Source of the DNA: Mycobacterium leprae TN
GTDB lineage: Bacteria > Actinomycetota > Actinomycetes > Mycobacteriales > Mycobacteriaceae
Assembly: GCF_000195855.1 (NCBI RefSeq)
Contig: NC_002677.1
Span: forward strand, 1,260,001 to 1,292,000
Length of the DNA: 32,000 nucleotides
Reading direction: 5' to 3'
Each line of letters begins with the position of its first letter. The stretch's first letter is position 1. A program made the translations under genes and the position numbers. The notes beneath the pieces were generated by a model. It was not told the DNA's origin. It saw only the letters and a list, made by a program, of their open reading frames with translations, and made no database searches. Positions 10,157-19,108 of the stretch are shown here, one piece after another.

Positions 10157-10765
10157 CTAGCCGCCGGCGATGTTACTGATGAGCTCTACCGCGTTGCCGT
10201 TCCAATGGAACCTCACAGCGGTGGCTAAGCCGTCAATGCTGCTAGGGTATGTCAACGCCACCGTGTCGCCAGTGGTTTGCGCTGGGTCAATGCCGTTGAA
10301 CCCGTAGGTGTCAGGAACACCTTGCGGGATGAATCGGCCAAGATGAAACAGCACAGCCCGGGTGGTGGGGTTGACCGCGTTCGTGTTGGCCTTAATGATC
10401 ACCGCCGATAGCTGAGCGCACTCGTTGTAATTACCGGCCAATGGTTCTGGATTCCAGGGCTGCGCACTGCGCGGATCGCGGGGCAGCTCAGAGACCACCC
10501 TGGCGATTGTGGGTGAGGCAAGATTGACCGCGCACGGATCGTCCGGTGGTGTGTTGCTGGTGGGCGGGGCAGCTGTTGCGAATGGCGGGCTCGGTGCACT
10601 GGAGATGATGGTTGAAATGGTCCCGGTGGTGGTAGAGGGGGGCACTGGCGTCTTTGCAACCGTGGAGTCCCCGGAACTACAGCCGGTTAATGTCCCGGAG
10701 ACCAACACGACAGCTGCCACGCCCAGTAGTGACTTGCGACAGGGTAGTGACCACACATCGCGCAC
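10157..10765 (-). CDS. lprE: Lipoprotein LprE
   Basis: 202-aa ORF with a GTG start at 10765 (alternative in-frame GTG at 10756). The signal peptide ends in a lipobox: AAVVLVSGTLTGCSSGDS. A Pro/Thr/Ser-rich linker is followed by a globular domain. Its position between the helicase gene and deaD matches lprE (Rv1252c) as I recall. Confidence 0.8.
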   Translation of the reverse strand: MRDVWSLPCRKSLLGVAAVVLVSGTLTGCSSGDSTVAKTPVPPSTTTGTISTIISSAPSPPFATAAPPTSNTPPDDPCAVNLASPTIARVVSELPRDPRSAQPWNPEPLAGNYNECAQLSAVIIKANTNAVNPTTRAVLFHLGRFIPQGVPDTYGFNGIDPAQTTGDTVALTYPSSIDGLATAVRFHWNGNAVELISNIAGG

Positions 10766-10905
10766 GGTACCGCCTGCCGTCGTAAACGTTCGCAGTTGTA
10801 CTGCTGATGCAGCGTGTCACGGTACGAACACGATCGCTCGCGACCCAGGCATTCGCTGCGTCCAGCTCCGCTAGGTTGGCGATCACCATTAAAACTTCAT
10901 GTGCG

Positions 10906-12635
10906 ATGGTCATCCCAGACAACCCCCCGTAGCGTCCTTTCAAACGTTTGCTGATCTGCAGATCCATCCGTGCGTCTTGTGAGGCGCTTGCCGACGTCGG
11001 CTACGAACCTCCAAACAGCTATCCACGCGGTGACGATTCTGATGCTAATAGCAAAGTCCCATTATATATTATATAGCGCAGTCCGGCACCAGCAAGACGG
11101 CGGCTTTTGCAATCCCAACCTTGTCTACAAGCAACATCACCAACAAAGCACCTCAGGTGCTTACTCGTGAGATGGCTCTGCAGGTAGCTGAGGCGTTCAG
11201 TTGCTACGGGGCCCATCTGCCGCAGATCAACAACGTGCTACCCGATACTACGGCAGGCCATTAGTATGGCGTGCAACTGGGCCGGGTTAAGACGCGGTGC
11301 GCAGGTAGTGGTCAACACCACTCAGCCGCGTCATAGACCACCTTGAACGCGGCACGCTGAACCTATCACGACTGGACTACCTGGTACTTGATGAAGACGA
11401 CGAGATGCTCAATATGGGTTTCGCCGAAGACGTTGAGCATATCCTGTTCGAAACCCCGGAATACAACCAGACGGCTCTATGGTCGGCGAACATGCCGGCA
11501 GCGATCCGCAACTCACTATATAAAGTACTTACACTTAAATATAAGGTATTTACACGATCGTCTCGAAATCACGTTTGAAGCGAACACTGCTACAGCCGAG
11601 AATATTTCGCAACGCTACATTCGAGTTTTCGGTCCACGTAAGATGGGTTCACTGACCTGTATCCCAGAAGTCGAACCGTTCGAGGCGATGATCGTCTTTG
11701 TCCGCACCAAACAGGCGACTGAGGAGGTCGTCGAAAACTATGTCTCGAGGATTCTCTGCCGCAGCTGTCAACGGCGACATTCCGCAGGGACAGCGCGAGC
11801 GGACCACCATCGCCCGGCGAGAAGGCGTTTTTGATATCCTGGCTTCTACCGATGTCTCCGCGTGCAGACTGGACGTGCAAAGGATATCGCATGTGCTTAG
11901 CTACGACATTCCGCACGACACCGAGTTCTATGTACACCGGATCGGACGTACGGGTCGGGCTGGCCGCTCAGGAAAGGCGCTGTTGTTCGTTTCCCTAGGG
12001 GGACTCCCCTACTCAAGTCGATCGAAAAGGCTACTAGGCAAGCATTTACCGAGGTCAAATTGCTTACCGTTGAACATGTCAATGCACAGGGGATAGCTAA
12101 ATTCAGCGATTCCATCACCAACGCGCTCGGCGGCCCGGGAATTGAGCTATTTCGTAGGTTGGTCGAGGATAACGAACGTGGGCGCAATGCCCCGATGGTT
12201 GACATCGCCGCGACGCTGGCGTTGCAGGAAGTGTTCCTGATGGTACCCAAATTGCCACTTCAGCGGCTGAAAGGTCCCGAAAGGTCCAAAAACCAACGTG
12301 CAGAACAACGTAGGGATCGTTACGGAAAGCCAAAGAGAGGAAGGTGCTTAGCATCAAATCGCATCGCCGTGGGCAAACGGTACAAGATTGGTTCTGGGAC
12401 GATCGTGGGCGTCATTGCCAACAAGGGAGGTTTGTATCGTAGCGATTTTTGCCACATCACCACTGGGCCGGACTTCTCTCTGGTGGAGATGCTGGCTAAA
12501 TTACCCCGAGTCACTCTGAAAAAATTTGATAAAAACTACATTTCGGGTGTGTTGCTCGACTTTCAGCCTGACCGGCTACCAGAGAGAGCCTGCGGGCGTG
12601 ATGGCGGCAAACCGCGCAGAAAACACACTGGATGA
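10906..12635 (+). pseudogene. deaD: Decayed cold-shock DEAD-box RNA helicase
   Basis: All helicase motifs are recognisable but lie in different frames and are mutated.
- FADLQIHPCVL, then a stop (~10947).
- Walker A AQSGTSKTAAFAIP (11076..) instead of AQTGTGKT.
- DEAD box reads DEDD (11390..11401, LVLDEDDEMLNMGF).
- SAT reads SAN.
- [31 protein letters not shown] and the C-terminal domain [26 protein letters not shown]...GGKPRRKHTG* (12060..12635) are in further frames.
AT-rich insertions occur at ~11060 and ~11515. Confidence 0.9.
11518..11555 (+). repeat. Diverged tandem duplication, 21-bp period, inside the deaD pseudogene
   Basis: ATATAAAGTACTTACAC (11518..11534) and ATATAAGGTATTTACAC (11539..11555) share 15 of 17 identical positions. 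The offset is exactly 21 nt. Confidence 0.6.
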
Positions 12636-13771
12636 CGCTGTCTGAGGAAAGGGACGCCCAAAGTGGACTAAAGCAGGTCTCGCATGTGGATCGGGTAGCG
12701 TCGCTGACCGGCATCCGCGCGGTTGCCGCCCTCCTGATCGTTGGCACCCATGCGGCGTACACCACCGGCAAGTACACCCACGGCTATTGGGGCCTGGTCG
12801 GTGCCCGCTTGGAGATCGGCGTCCCGATCTTCTTTGCGCTATCCGGCTTCTTGTTATTCAGCCCGTGGGTGAAGTCGGCCGCCACTGGCAGTCCGCCGCC
12901 TTCGGTGAGCCGTTACGCGTGGCACCGGGTTAGGCGCATCATGCCTGCTTACGTGATCACCGTGTTGTTCGCCTACGCCCTGTATCACTTCCGCGCAGCG
13001 GGGCCGAATCCTGGACACAGCTGGATGGGATTGGTCCGCAACCTCACGCTGACGCAGATTTACACCGACGGCTACCTGGGTTCGTATCTGCACCAGGGCC
13101 TCACTCAGATGTGGAGCCTTGCGGTGGAGGTCGCTTTCTATGTGGCGCTACCCCTGCTGGCATATCTGTTGCTGGTGTTGCTCTGTCAGCGGCGATGGCA
13201 GCCAAGGTTAGTGTTGGTTGTTCTTGCGGGGATGTTGTTGATTAGTCCGGGATGGTTGATCCTGGTGCACCCCGATCACTGGTTTCCAGACGGCGCTCGG
13301 CTGTGGTTGCCGACCTACCTGGCCTGGTTCCTCGGAGGAATGATACTGGCTGTGCTGCAGGTGATGGGCGTGCGCTGCTACGCATTCGGGGCCATACCGC
13401 TGGCGATTATCTGCTATTTTATCGTGTCGACGCCTATCGCGGGCGCGCCAACCACATCGCCGGCATCGTTGGGGGAGGCGTTGATAAAAGTGGGCTTCTA
13501 CGCCGCGATCGCCACGTTGGCAGTGGCGCCTTTAACGCTAGGTGATCTGGGATGGTATTCGTGGCTGTTGTCCAGCAGGCCGATGGTGTGGCTGGGCGAA
13601 ATTTCTTACGAAATTTTTCTGATCCATCTGGTGACGATGGAGTTCGCGATGGTTTATGTGGTCCAAGACCACGTTTACACCGGGTCGATGCTGAACCTCA
13701 TCGTTGCTACGCTGGTGCTGACGATTCCCTTGGCCTGGCTGCTGCACCGCTGCACGCGGATGCGAAGCTAG
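12632..13771 (+). CDS. Integral-membrane acyltransferase (acyltransferase-3 family; Rv1254-like)
   Basis: 379-aa uninterrupted ORF. The N-terminal SLTGIRAVAALLIVGTHAAY and FFALSGFLL motifs are typical of acyltransferase-3 enzymes. There are about 10 hydrophobic segments. The ATG at 12632 overlaps the TGA (12633..12635) of the deaD reading frame (ATGA). Confidence 0.85.
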   Translation: MTLSEERDAQSGLKQVSHVDRVASLTGIRAVAALLIVGTHAAYTTGKYTHGYWGLVGARLEIGVPIFFALSGFLLFSPWVKSAATGSPPPSVSRYAWHRVRRIMPAYVITVLFAYALYHFRAAGPNPGHSWMGLVRNLTLTQIYTDGYLGSYLHQGLTQMWSLAVEVAFYVALPLLAYLLLVLLCQRRWQPRLVLVVLAGMLLISPGWLILVHPDHWFPDGARLWLPTYLAWFLGGMILAVLQVMGVRCYAFGAIPLAIICYFIVSTPIAGAPTTSPASLGEALIKVGFYAAIATLAVAPLTLGDLGWYSWLLSSRPMVWLGEISYEIFLIHLVTMEFAMVYVVQDHVYTGSMLNLIVATLVLTIPLAWLLHRCTRMRS

Positions 13772-13894
13772 ATTAGGCTTCCTTGCTTAAGGTTAGCAGT
13801 TGGCGATGAAGGATATTAAGAACTATGACCGAACTTAGACCGTCGCCGGGCTAGCAGGGCGCAGTGCTGAAGCTCTTGCGTGTTGGCGACTACC

Positions 13895-14545
13895 AACTTA
13901 ACGTGACTGGACTGACCGCGAGATTGGCCCGCGTTACCTGAGGTTGAGCTTCGGTGACGGCAAGATGTTCGTCGAGCATTCCGTGTGTCCCCACGATAGG
14001 GATATCCGGATGTGGTTCGCCGACGGGCATCAACGCTGTTACACGCTGGTCAATCTCAATCCGGTTTCTGGTACCGTGTATATCGAGTTTGCGCTGCAAG
14101 GCGGTTACGCGTCGGATTGAGTAAGAGCTGTACAGCCCGGCGACACCATCGGCGCGGGATGGGTACGGGGTAGCCAATTCGTCTTCCCTGAGCCGTTTCT
14201 GACTAGGTACGTCATCATGGGCGATATCACGATTGCCCACGATCAACTTTCTGTCTGACTCCATCGGGGATTCCCTTGCATCCGTGTTTCTCGAAACTTG
14301 CTGCGATGATGACGAATGCCTGACGGTGGTGCGCAGTAGCCGGTGTTACCTGGGTGGACGGCAAGAACGGCGGCGGCCAGTTGTTCGAAATCATGCGGTA
14401 GGCGGTGTTCGATGCGAGCGATCACTTTGGCTGGATGGCTTGTGACACCTGTACCACGCGGTTAGTCGTCAAAGTGCTGCGGCAGGATTTTCGCATACCG
14501 CAAAAAATCCATTAAGATGCAAGCTTATTGGGTGGCCTGATCTGA
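13895..14545 (+). pseudogene. Decayed siderophore-interacting-protein (SIP/ViuB-type FAD reductase)-like gene
   Basis: My own + strand translation gives, in shifting frames with stops:
- REIGPRYLRLSFGDGKMFVEH
- IRMWFADGHQRCYTLVNLNPVSGTVYIEFALQGGYAS*
- VQPGDTIGAGW
- YVIMGDITIAHDQL
- FGWMACDTCTTRLVVKVLRQDFRIPQK
These fit the SIP pattern (R.YT...l.idFvlHG, a.PGD.i.v.GP, l.GDetAlPAi, w.aGE...r.lR..l). The 124-aa minus-strand ORF 13890..14264 is its antisense artefact. Confidence 0.5.
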
Positions 14546-14599
14546 TCTTGCGGGACGCACAAGCTAGATCCACAGTTCAGCCATTGTCGTGTCGGAAAG

Positions 14600-15270
14600 T
14601 ACCCCGGGTGTCGACATATGCACCCAGGCCGAGTGGCTAGAGGGCGATGACACGGAGCCCTGGTACATCGCTACTTCGGGCTGGCATGACCCTGAGTGGG
14701 GTGTTATGCGCATTCTTATTTTGGAGTAGACTTCCTCTGAGTTTTGGAGGGCGAGCCCACCCGCGGTGCCTCTGCTTTTGGCGGCGGGGTTGGCCTTGGC
14801 ATCCAACCCCCGGCGGGTCGCTCCGGTTGTGGCGCGGTTATCGGTGGTGGCTCGCTCTCTGTCCCGGGCAGACCAGGAAGTCACTGCATCAAGATAAGTT
14901 CAGTGGTGACAGCTTCGACCAGGCCTGAGAGGCGCCGGTGTGGTAACAGTGCGTTGTGTTCACATCCTGGGCCCACATCTTTTCGTACCCGGACTCGATG
15001 GCCATCAGCATCTGGACGTTTTGCCCGAAGATATTTGCTATGCGCCAAAAATGACAGCAGAGCCCGATTAGTTGTTACCAGTGGAGGTTGTGTCGTGGCA
15101 GCCAACGCCGATTCGAAAGCCCCTACCACCGCCGCGACTTGCGAGGCAGCCTGCTCGGCATGGCTAGTCGACGCAAAAGAGCTTGTTGCCCTGTCGATCT
15201 CGTTCATACCAATCGATGTCAGATCACTCTGGGGTAAAGGTTCTCGGGTCGAGTATCTGATCGGTGGCAA
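14600..15270 (-). pseudogene. Probable remnant of a TetR-family regulator (Rv1255c position)
   Basis: ORF 14881..15270 contains AAVVGAFESALAATTQPPLVTTNRALLSFLAHSKYLRAK. This loosely fits the TetR HTH pattern (AA..lF...G...TT...Ia...gvs...l..HF.SKe.L). The ORF stops after 129 aa and no coherent C-terminal ligand domain follows. Weak call, supported mainly by position downstream of the P450 remnant. Confidence 0.35.
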
Positions 15271-15322
15271 CCTTGGTGCTTCTGGCTGCCAACAAGTCTC
15301 TGCCTTTTTACCGGACCCGCTA

Positions 15323-16450
15323 TTACGGCTGCACGGTAATCGGCACCGTCAGCAGGGGTCGTATGTAACTTGCCGCCAGCCCACGCGATGCTGGACTCGT
15401 CGACCTCGAAGTCGGGGTAACGGGCCAGTAGCTCGGTCAGCCGAACCTCGGCGTTGCATACGGGTCACCTTGGCGCCCAGGTATGTGCGCCGTGGCTGAA
15501 GATCAGGATGTTGGGTGGTCACCAGGTTACGTCCAGCTAGCTGGCGGCGGCTGTATTAGCGTTCATCCCGCTTGGCCTGCCCGTAGCGCATTAGCACCCT
15601 GCGACCGGGCGAGACAGTGGTGTGGCCGATAGCGACATCTCGTGTGGTGTGGTGCGCATCAGTCCCCGGACGGATGACGTCAGCCTCAGCAGTATCCTTA
15701 ACGGCATCTAGCCGCCGAGCATGCCAGTGACGGTGTTGTTTCCGCCGGTGGCTATCGGTGAATGTGCAAGCCAGCATCGACAGTGTGTTGGCCCCGGCCG
15801 TGGTCAAGTGCTAGATGGTGTCGTCTTCGGGTTCGCTTCGGCGCCGTTCGATCAGCCTGGTGAAGTAGGCTAGCATCGACTCGACCGCATAGCCTGCAAC
15901 GTCCAGCTCGTTGGTGATGCCGCCGGCGTCGGCCGTGTTGGCCGCCACGATGGCCGGGGCCAGCCGTCGAATTGTGATCGGACTTTTTCGGGGAAACCGA
16001 AATAGTGCGCCACCACCATCGGCGGCAGTGGTTTGAAAAGTTCGGTGACGATGTCTACGCTGCCCTTAGCGCGCAGCTGCTCGATGTGCTCGACGACGAA
16101 GTGACGCACTTTTGGCTCGACCACGTTGGTTTGTCGCGGGGTGAATCTGCGCGACACCAGTTTGCGGCACTTGGTCTAAACTGGCTGGTCTTGCATAACC
16201 ATCGGCGGGTTATCTTGCAGCCCAATCAGTTCCATGTCGCTGTAATTGACGGTGAGTCTCTGTGCAGAGGATAACTTCGCATGGCCATCGACCAGACGTC
16301 GGCGTGCCGGGGCAGCACGTAGTAGTCGTCCTCGGGCTGGTTTGCGGGGACGACGTGGTGCACCGCCTCGTGGTCTCGTAGGGTTCGGTACATCGACCAG
16401 GGATTGGGCCAGATGTCGGCAGTGGTGAACCGGAACCTGTGAGACATCAC
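15323..16450 (-). pseudogene. cyp130: Decayed cytochrome P450 (cyp130 position)
   Basis: P450 pieces lie in several frames.
- N-terminus: NPWSMYRTLRDHEAVHHV...LPRHADVW (16226..16450).
- Middle: RRFTPRQTNVVEPKVRHFVVEHIEQL...ELFKPLPPMVVAHYFGFPE (15870..16157).
- I-helix to K'-region: AGANTLS...TTRDVAIGHTTVSPGRRVLMRYGQAKRDER* (15556..15807).
- Heme loop reads FSHGAHTWAPR* (~15466..15500). The Cys ligand codon of the FxxGxHxCxG motif is missing.
- C-terminus: ELLARYPDFEV...LLTVPITVQP*. Confidence 0.85.
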
Positions 16451-16457
16451 GCGCAGG

Positions 16458-17819
16458 TCAGATCGCCGCGCCGGGATTCAGGATGCCATAGGGGTCCAAT
16501 GCGTGCTTGATGCGCTGGTTTAGCTCCATCACGTCGGGCCCGAGATAGTCGTCCAGCCATGGTCGTTTCAACCGGCCGACGCCGTGCTCACCGGTGATGG
16601 TGCCACCGAGGCCGACGGCCATGTCCATGATTTCTCCGAACGCGCGATGGGCGCGTTCCGTCATCGTGGCATCGGCGGGGTTGTACACGATCAGCGGGTG
16701 GGTGTTGCCGTCACCGGCATGCGCGATCACCGAAATCATCAGGTTGCGCTCGGTGGAGATGTGAGCGATCCCAGTAACTAACTTGCCCAGCGCCGGCAGC
16801 GGCACTCCGACGTCTTCGAGCAACAGTGAGCCCTTGCTTTCGACCGCCGGAATGCAAAACCGTCGGGCGGCAACAAACGCCTCGCCCTCGTCTGGATCGT
16901 TCGTGGACGATACTTGTGTTGCACCGTTTTCGGCAAACACAGCCCCGATCAGTTTGGCTTCGTCGGTGCCTGCGTGCCCAAGTTCGTCGGAGCCTGCCAC
17001 TAGCATGGCGGCTGCCTCGCGGTCCAGGCCCATTCGGAAGGTGTCCTCGACGGCATTGATTGCCACCGAATCCATAAATTCGAGCATTGCGGGACGCAGA
17101 CGAGCAGCGACTCCCAACACTGCATCGACAGCTGCCTGGACCGAAGCGAAGGTGGCCACCACGATGCTTGACGTGTTTTGGGTGGGCAACAGCCGCAGCG
17201 TCACTTCCGTGATGATGCCCAGCGTGCCTTCGCTGCCAACGAAGAGCTTTGTTAGGCTCAGTCCTGCAACGTCCTTGAGCCGCGGACCACCTAACCGAAC
17301 CGCGGTGCCGTCGGCCAACACCACCTGGATGCCCAGCACATAGTCGCCTGTGACGCCGTACTTCACACAGCACAGTCCGCCGGCATTGGTGGCGACGTTG
17401 CCACCAATGCTGCATATCTCGAACGACGACGGATCGGGTGGATACCACAGCCCGTGTTCGGCGGCAGCCTTCTTTACCTCCGCGTTGAACAGGCCGGGCT
17501 GACAAACCGCGGTGCGGGTGACTGGATCTACCGTGATGTCGCGCATCTTTTCCGTCGACAGCACGATCCCGTCATCCAGTGCAGTAGCGCCGCCCGACAG
17601 GCCGCTGCCGGCTCCCCGGGCCACCACCGGCACCCGGTTAGCGCTGGCCCAGCGTAATACGGTCTGCACCTCGTCAGTGCGTCGTGGCTGAACCACGGCC
17701 AGCGGTTTGCCTGCCGACGGGTCCAAGGCGCGGTCATGCCGGTAGCCGTCGGTGACGGCCGAATCAGTGACTACCATCCCGTCGGGCAGACCGGCGATAA
17801 GGCTGGTCAGAACACCCAC
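16458..17819 (-). CDS. FAD-linked oxidase (GlcD / D-lactate dehydrogenase-like; Rv1257c-like)
   Basis: 453-aa uninterrupted ORF with a GTG start at 17819. It has a PCMH-type FAD-binding N-domain (VVARGAGSGLSGGA, GLWYPPDPSS, IGGNVATNAGG). The C-terminal domain carries HAGDGNTHP and GGTITGEHGVG motifs. Confidence 0.9.
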   Translation of the reverse strand: MGVLTSLIAGLPDGMVVTDSAVTDGYRHDRALDPSAGKPLAVVQPRRTDEVQTVLRWASANRVPVVARGAGSGLSGGATALDDGIVLSTEKMRDITVDPVTRTAVCQPGLFNAEVKKAAAEHGLWYPPDPSSFEICSIGGNVATNAGGLCCVKYGVTGDYVLGIQVVLADGTAVRLGGPRLKDVAGLSLTKLFVGSEGTLGIITEVTLRLLPTQNTSSIVVATFASVQAAVDAVLGVAARLRPAMLEFMDSVAINAVEDTFRMGLDREAAAMLVAGSDELGHAGTDEAKLIGAVFAENGATQVSSTNDPDEGEAFVAARRFCIPAVESKGSLLLEDVGVPLPALGKLVTGIAHISTERNLMISVIAHAGDGNTHPLIVYNPADATMTERAHRAFGEIMDMAVGLGGTITGEHGVGRLKRPWLDDYLGPDVMELNQRIKHALDPYGILNPGAAI

Positions 17820-17829
17820 GCTTCGATCC

Positions 17830-19040
17830 TACGGGGCCGGGATCGACGACCAACTCTGGTGCGTGGTCTAGCTCGCGCAGCTACGGCCACCTGACACAGA
17901 CAAGCCTGATTAACACGGATTGGGTAGCGCCAACGCCAAAAGCGCTGCTCGCAATCCGGAGAGTCGGTCAATTAACCGGCTAGCGGCAGGCTCAACGGGC
18001 CCAGCGACACGAACGGCACCGTCACCACCCCGACCACCCGGTCACGAAAATGGAAAAAAATTTAATGTGGCCCCCCGGGTTTGCATCATCTTAATTGTAG
18101 ATTGGCGCCATCAGCTCATCGAGCAGGCCAATCAGCGCGACTTGATAGGTCACGGTGGCAGGAACGTGATTAACACCATCGCCGAACTGAAGGTCCGGAT
18201 TGCTGTGAGCATGATCGCGCGCCGGCGCGCGTGTTTATTACGCTACGGCGTAGCCGGGCGTGCTGACCACACTACTTGCCGTAGAATGCTATACAATACC
18301 TACCTTAGCTGTTGCGGCTGATGTCGGGTCGGTGAAGTATTTCGGAAGTAGCATGCTTTCCATCGACCGGTACAGTGCGGTGATGGCCAGGTCGATCATT
18401 GCCAGTGTGTGCAAGACCCGCAGACTCCACATGAAACGCAGCCTGGTGGCGATTCCGGATACCAGCCCCTGCGGTCGGGTCGCGTGGTGCTGCTTACCGG
18501 CGCCTTCGAGCCGCAACGTGGTGATCATCAGACCGCCGACGCCCGGTTCGACCGGTCCGACCACAAACGCCAGGTCGAGGATCGCTTCGTAAGCGTAGTC
18601 GGCTCGGTCCAATGAGCAACCCGCCCGGGTGGCGTTCTTGGGTAGTGTTGGCTGGCGAGCCGTCACCTCTGTGGGGTTGAATTAGAGCTGAGAGCGCAGC
18701 CAGCACCGCAACGTTGACTGCTTGGTCGCCAAAAAAGCCGACGCCAATCGCGGGACGTCAGCTATTGCTGCGCCAGACAACGCATCGGAGACTAATTGAC
18801 ACCCGGCGGCGTCCAAAATAGTTGACTGCGGTGTCGGCTATCAGCGTTGAGACGAGCAAGGGCAGTGTGGTTGATCCGGTTATGATCGACGCGACCCGTG
18901 CGCTGTTTCCGCGTTGTAAACATCAGTCAGGGGAAGGCAATGATGGAAATGTCATCATCCGCGCACACCACATCACGCGGCGGACAGGATCAGGTTGGTA
19001 ACGCCGGGCTGCGGCTGTTGTTTCTCGTGCAGGGTTGCAT
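17830..19040 (-). pseudogene. tap: Decayed MFS efflux pump Tap (Rv1258c-like)
   Basis: The central part is readable in ORF 18289..18666: SLDRADYAYEAILDLAFVVGPV...LRLEGAG...RLRFMW...LHTLAMIDLAITALYRSMESMLLPKYFTD. The N-terminal pieces are in other frames with stops: ATG 19040 [47 protein letters not shown]. The C-terminal piece LRELD near 17860 is also out of frame. The region 17900..18290 contains a homopolymer-rich patch (18055..18075). Confidence 0.8.
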
Positions 19041-19108
19041 TAGCGTGCGAGGCCGCACGCGGAGCAACCGAATTTCAGGCCCCTTTAAAGCAAATTAGGG
19101 CTTGTTCG

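Noticed and set aside
13890-14264. 124-aa minus-strand ORF as a CDS
   Set aside because: It has no recognisable motifs. The opposite strand carries ordered SIP-family motifs interrupted by stops, so the minus ORF is best explained as an antisense open frame over a pseudogene.
14744-15499. 251-aa + strand ORF as a real gene
   Set aside because: It is low-complexity and Arg/Gly/Ser-rich. It runs antisense across the TetR-like and P450 remnants, whose minus-strand homology (HTH-like segment, heme loop, ELLARYPDFEV) explains the region better.
18995-19108. ATG at 18995 as the udgB start (318-aa ORF)
   Set aside because: It would add a Cys/Gly-rich, non-conserved-looking extension that overlaps the 5' end of the divergent tap remnant. 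The conserved sequence starts around AEWFDVRVF. An in-frame TTG (19109) or GTG (19142) is more plausible, though the exact start remains uncertain.
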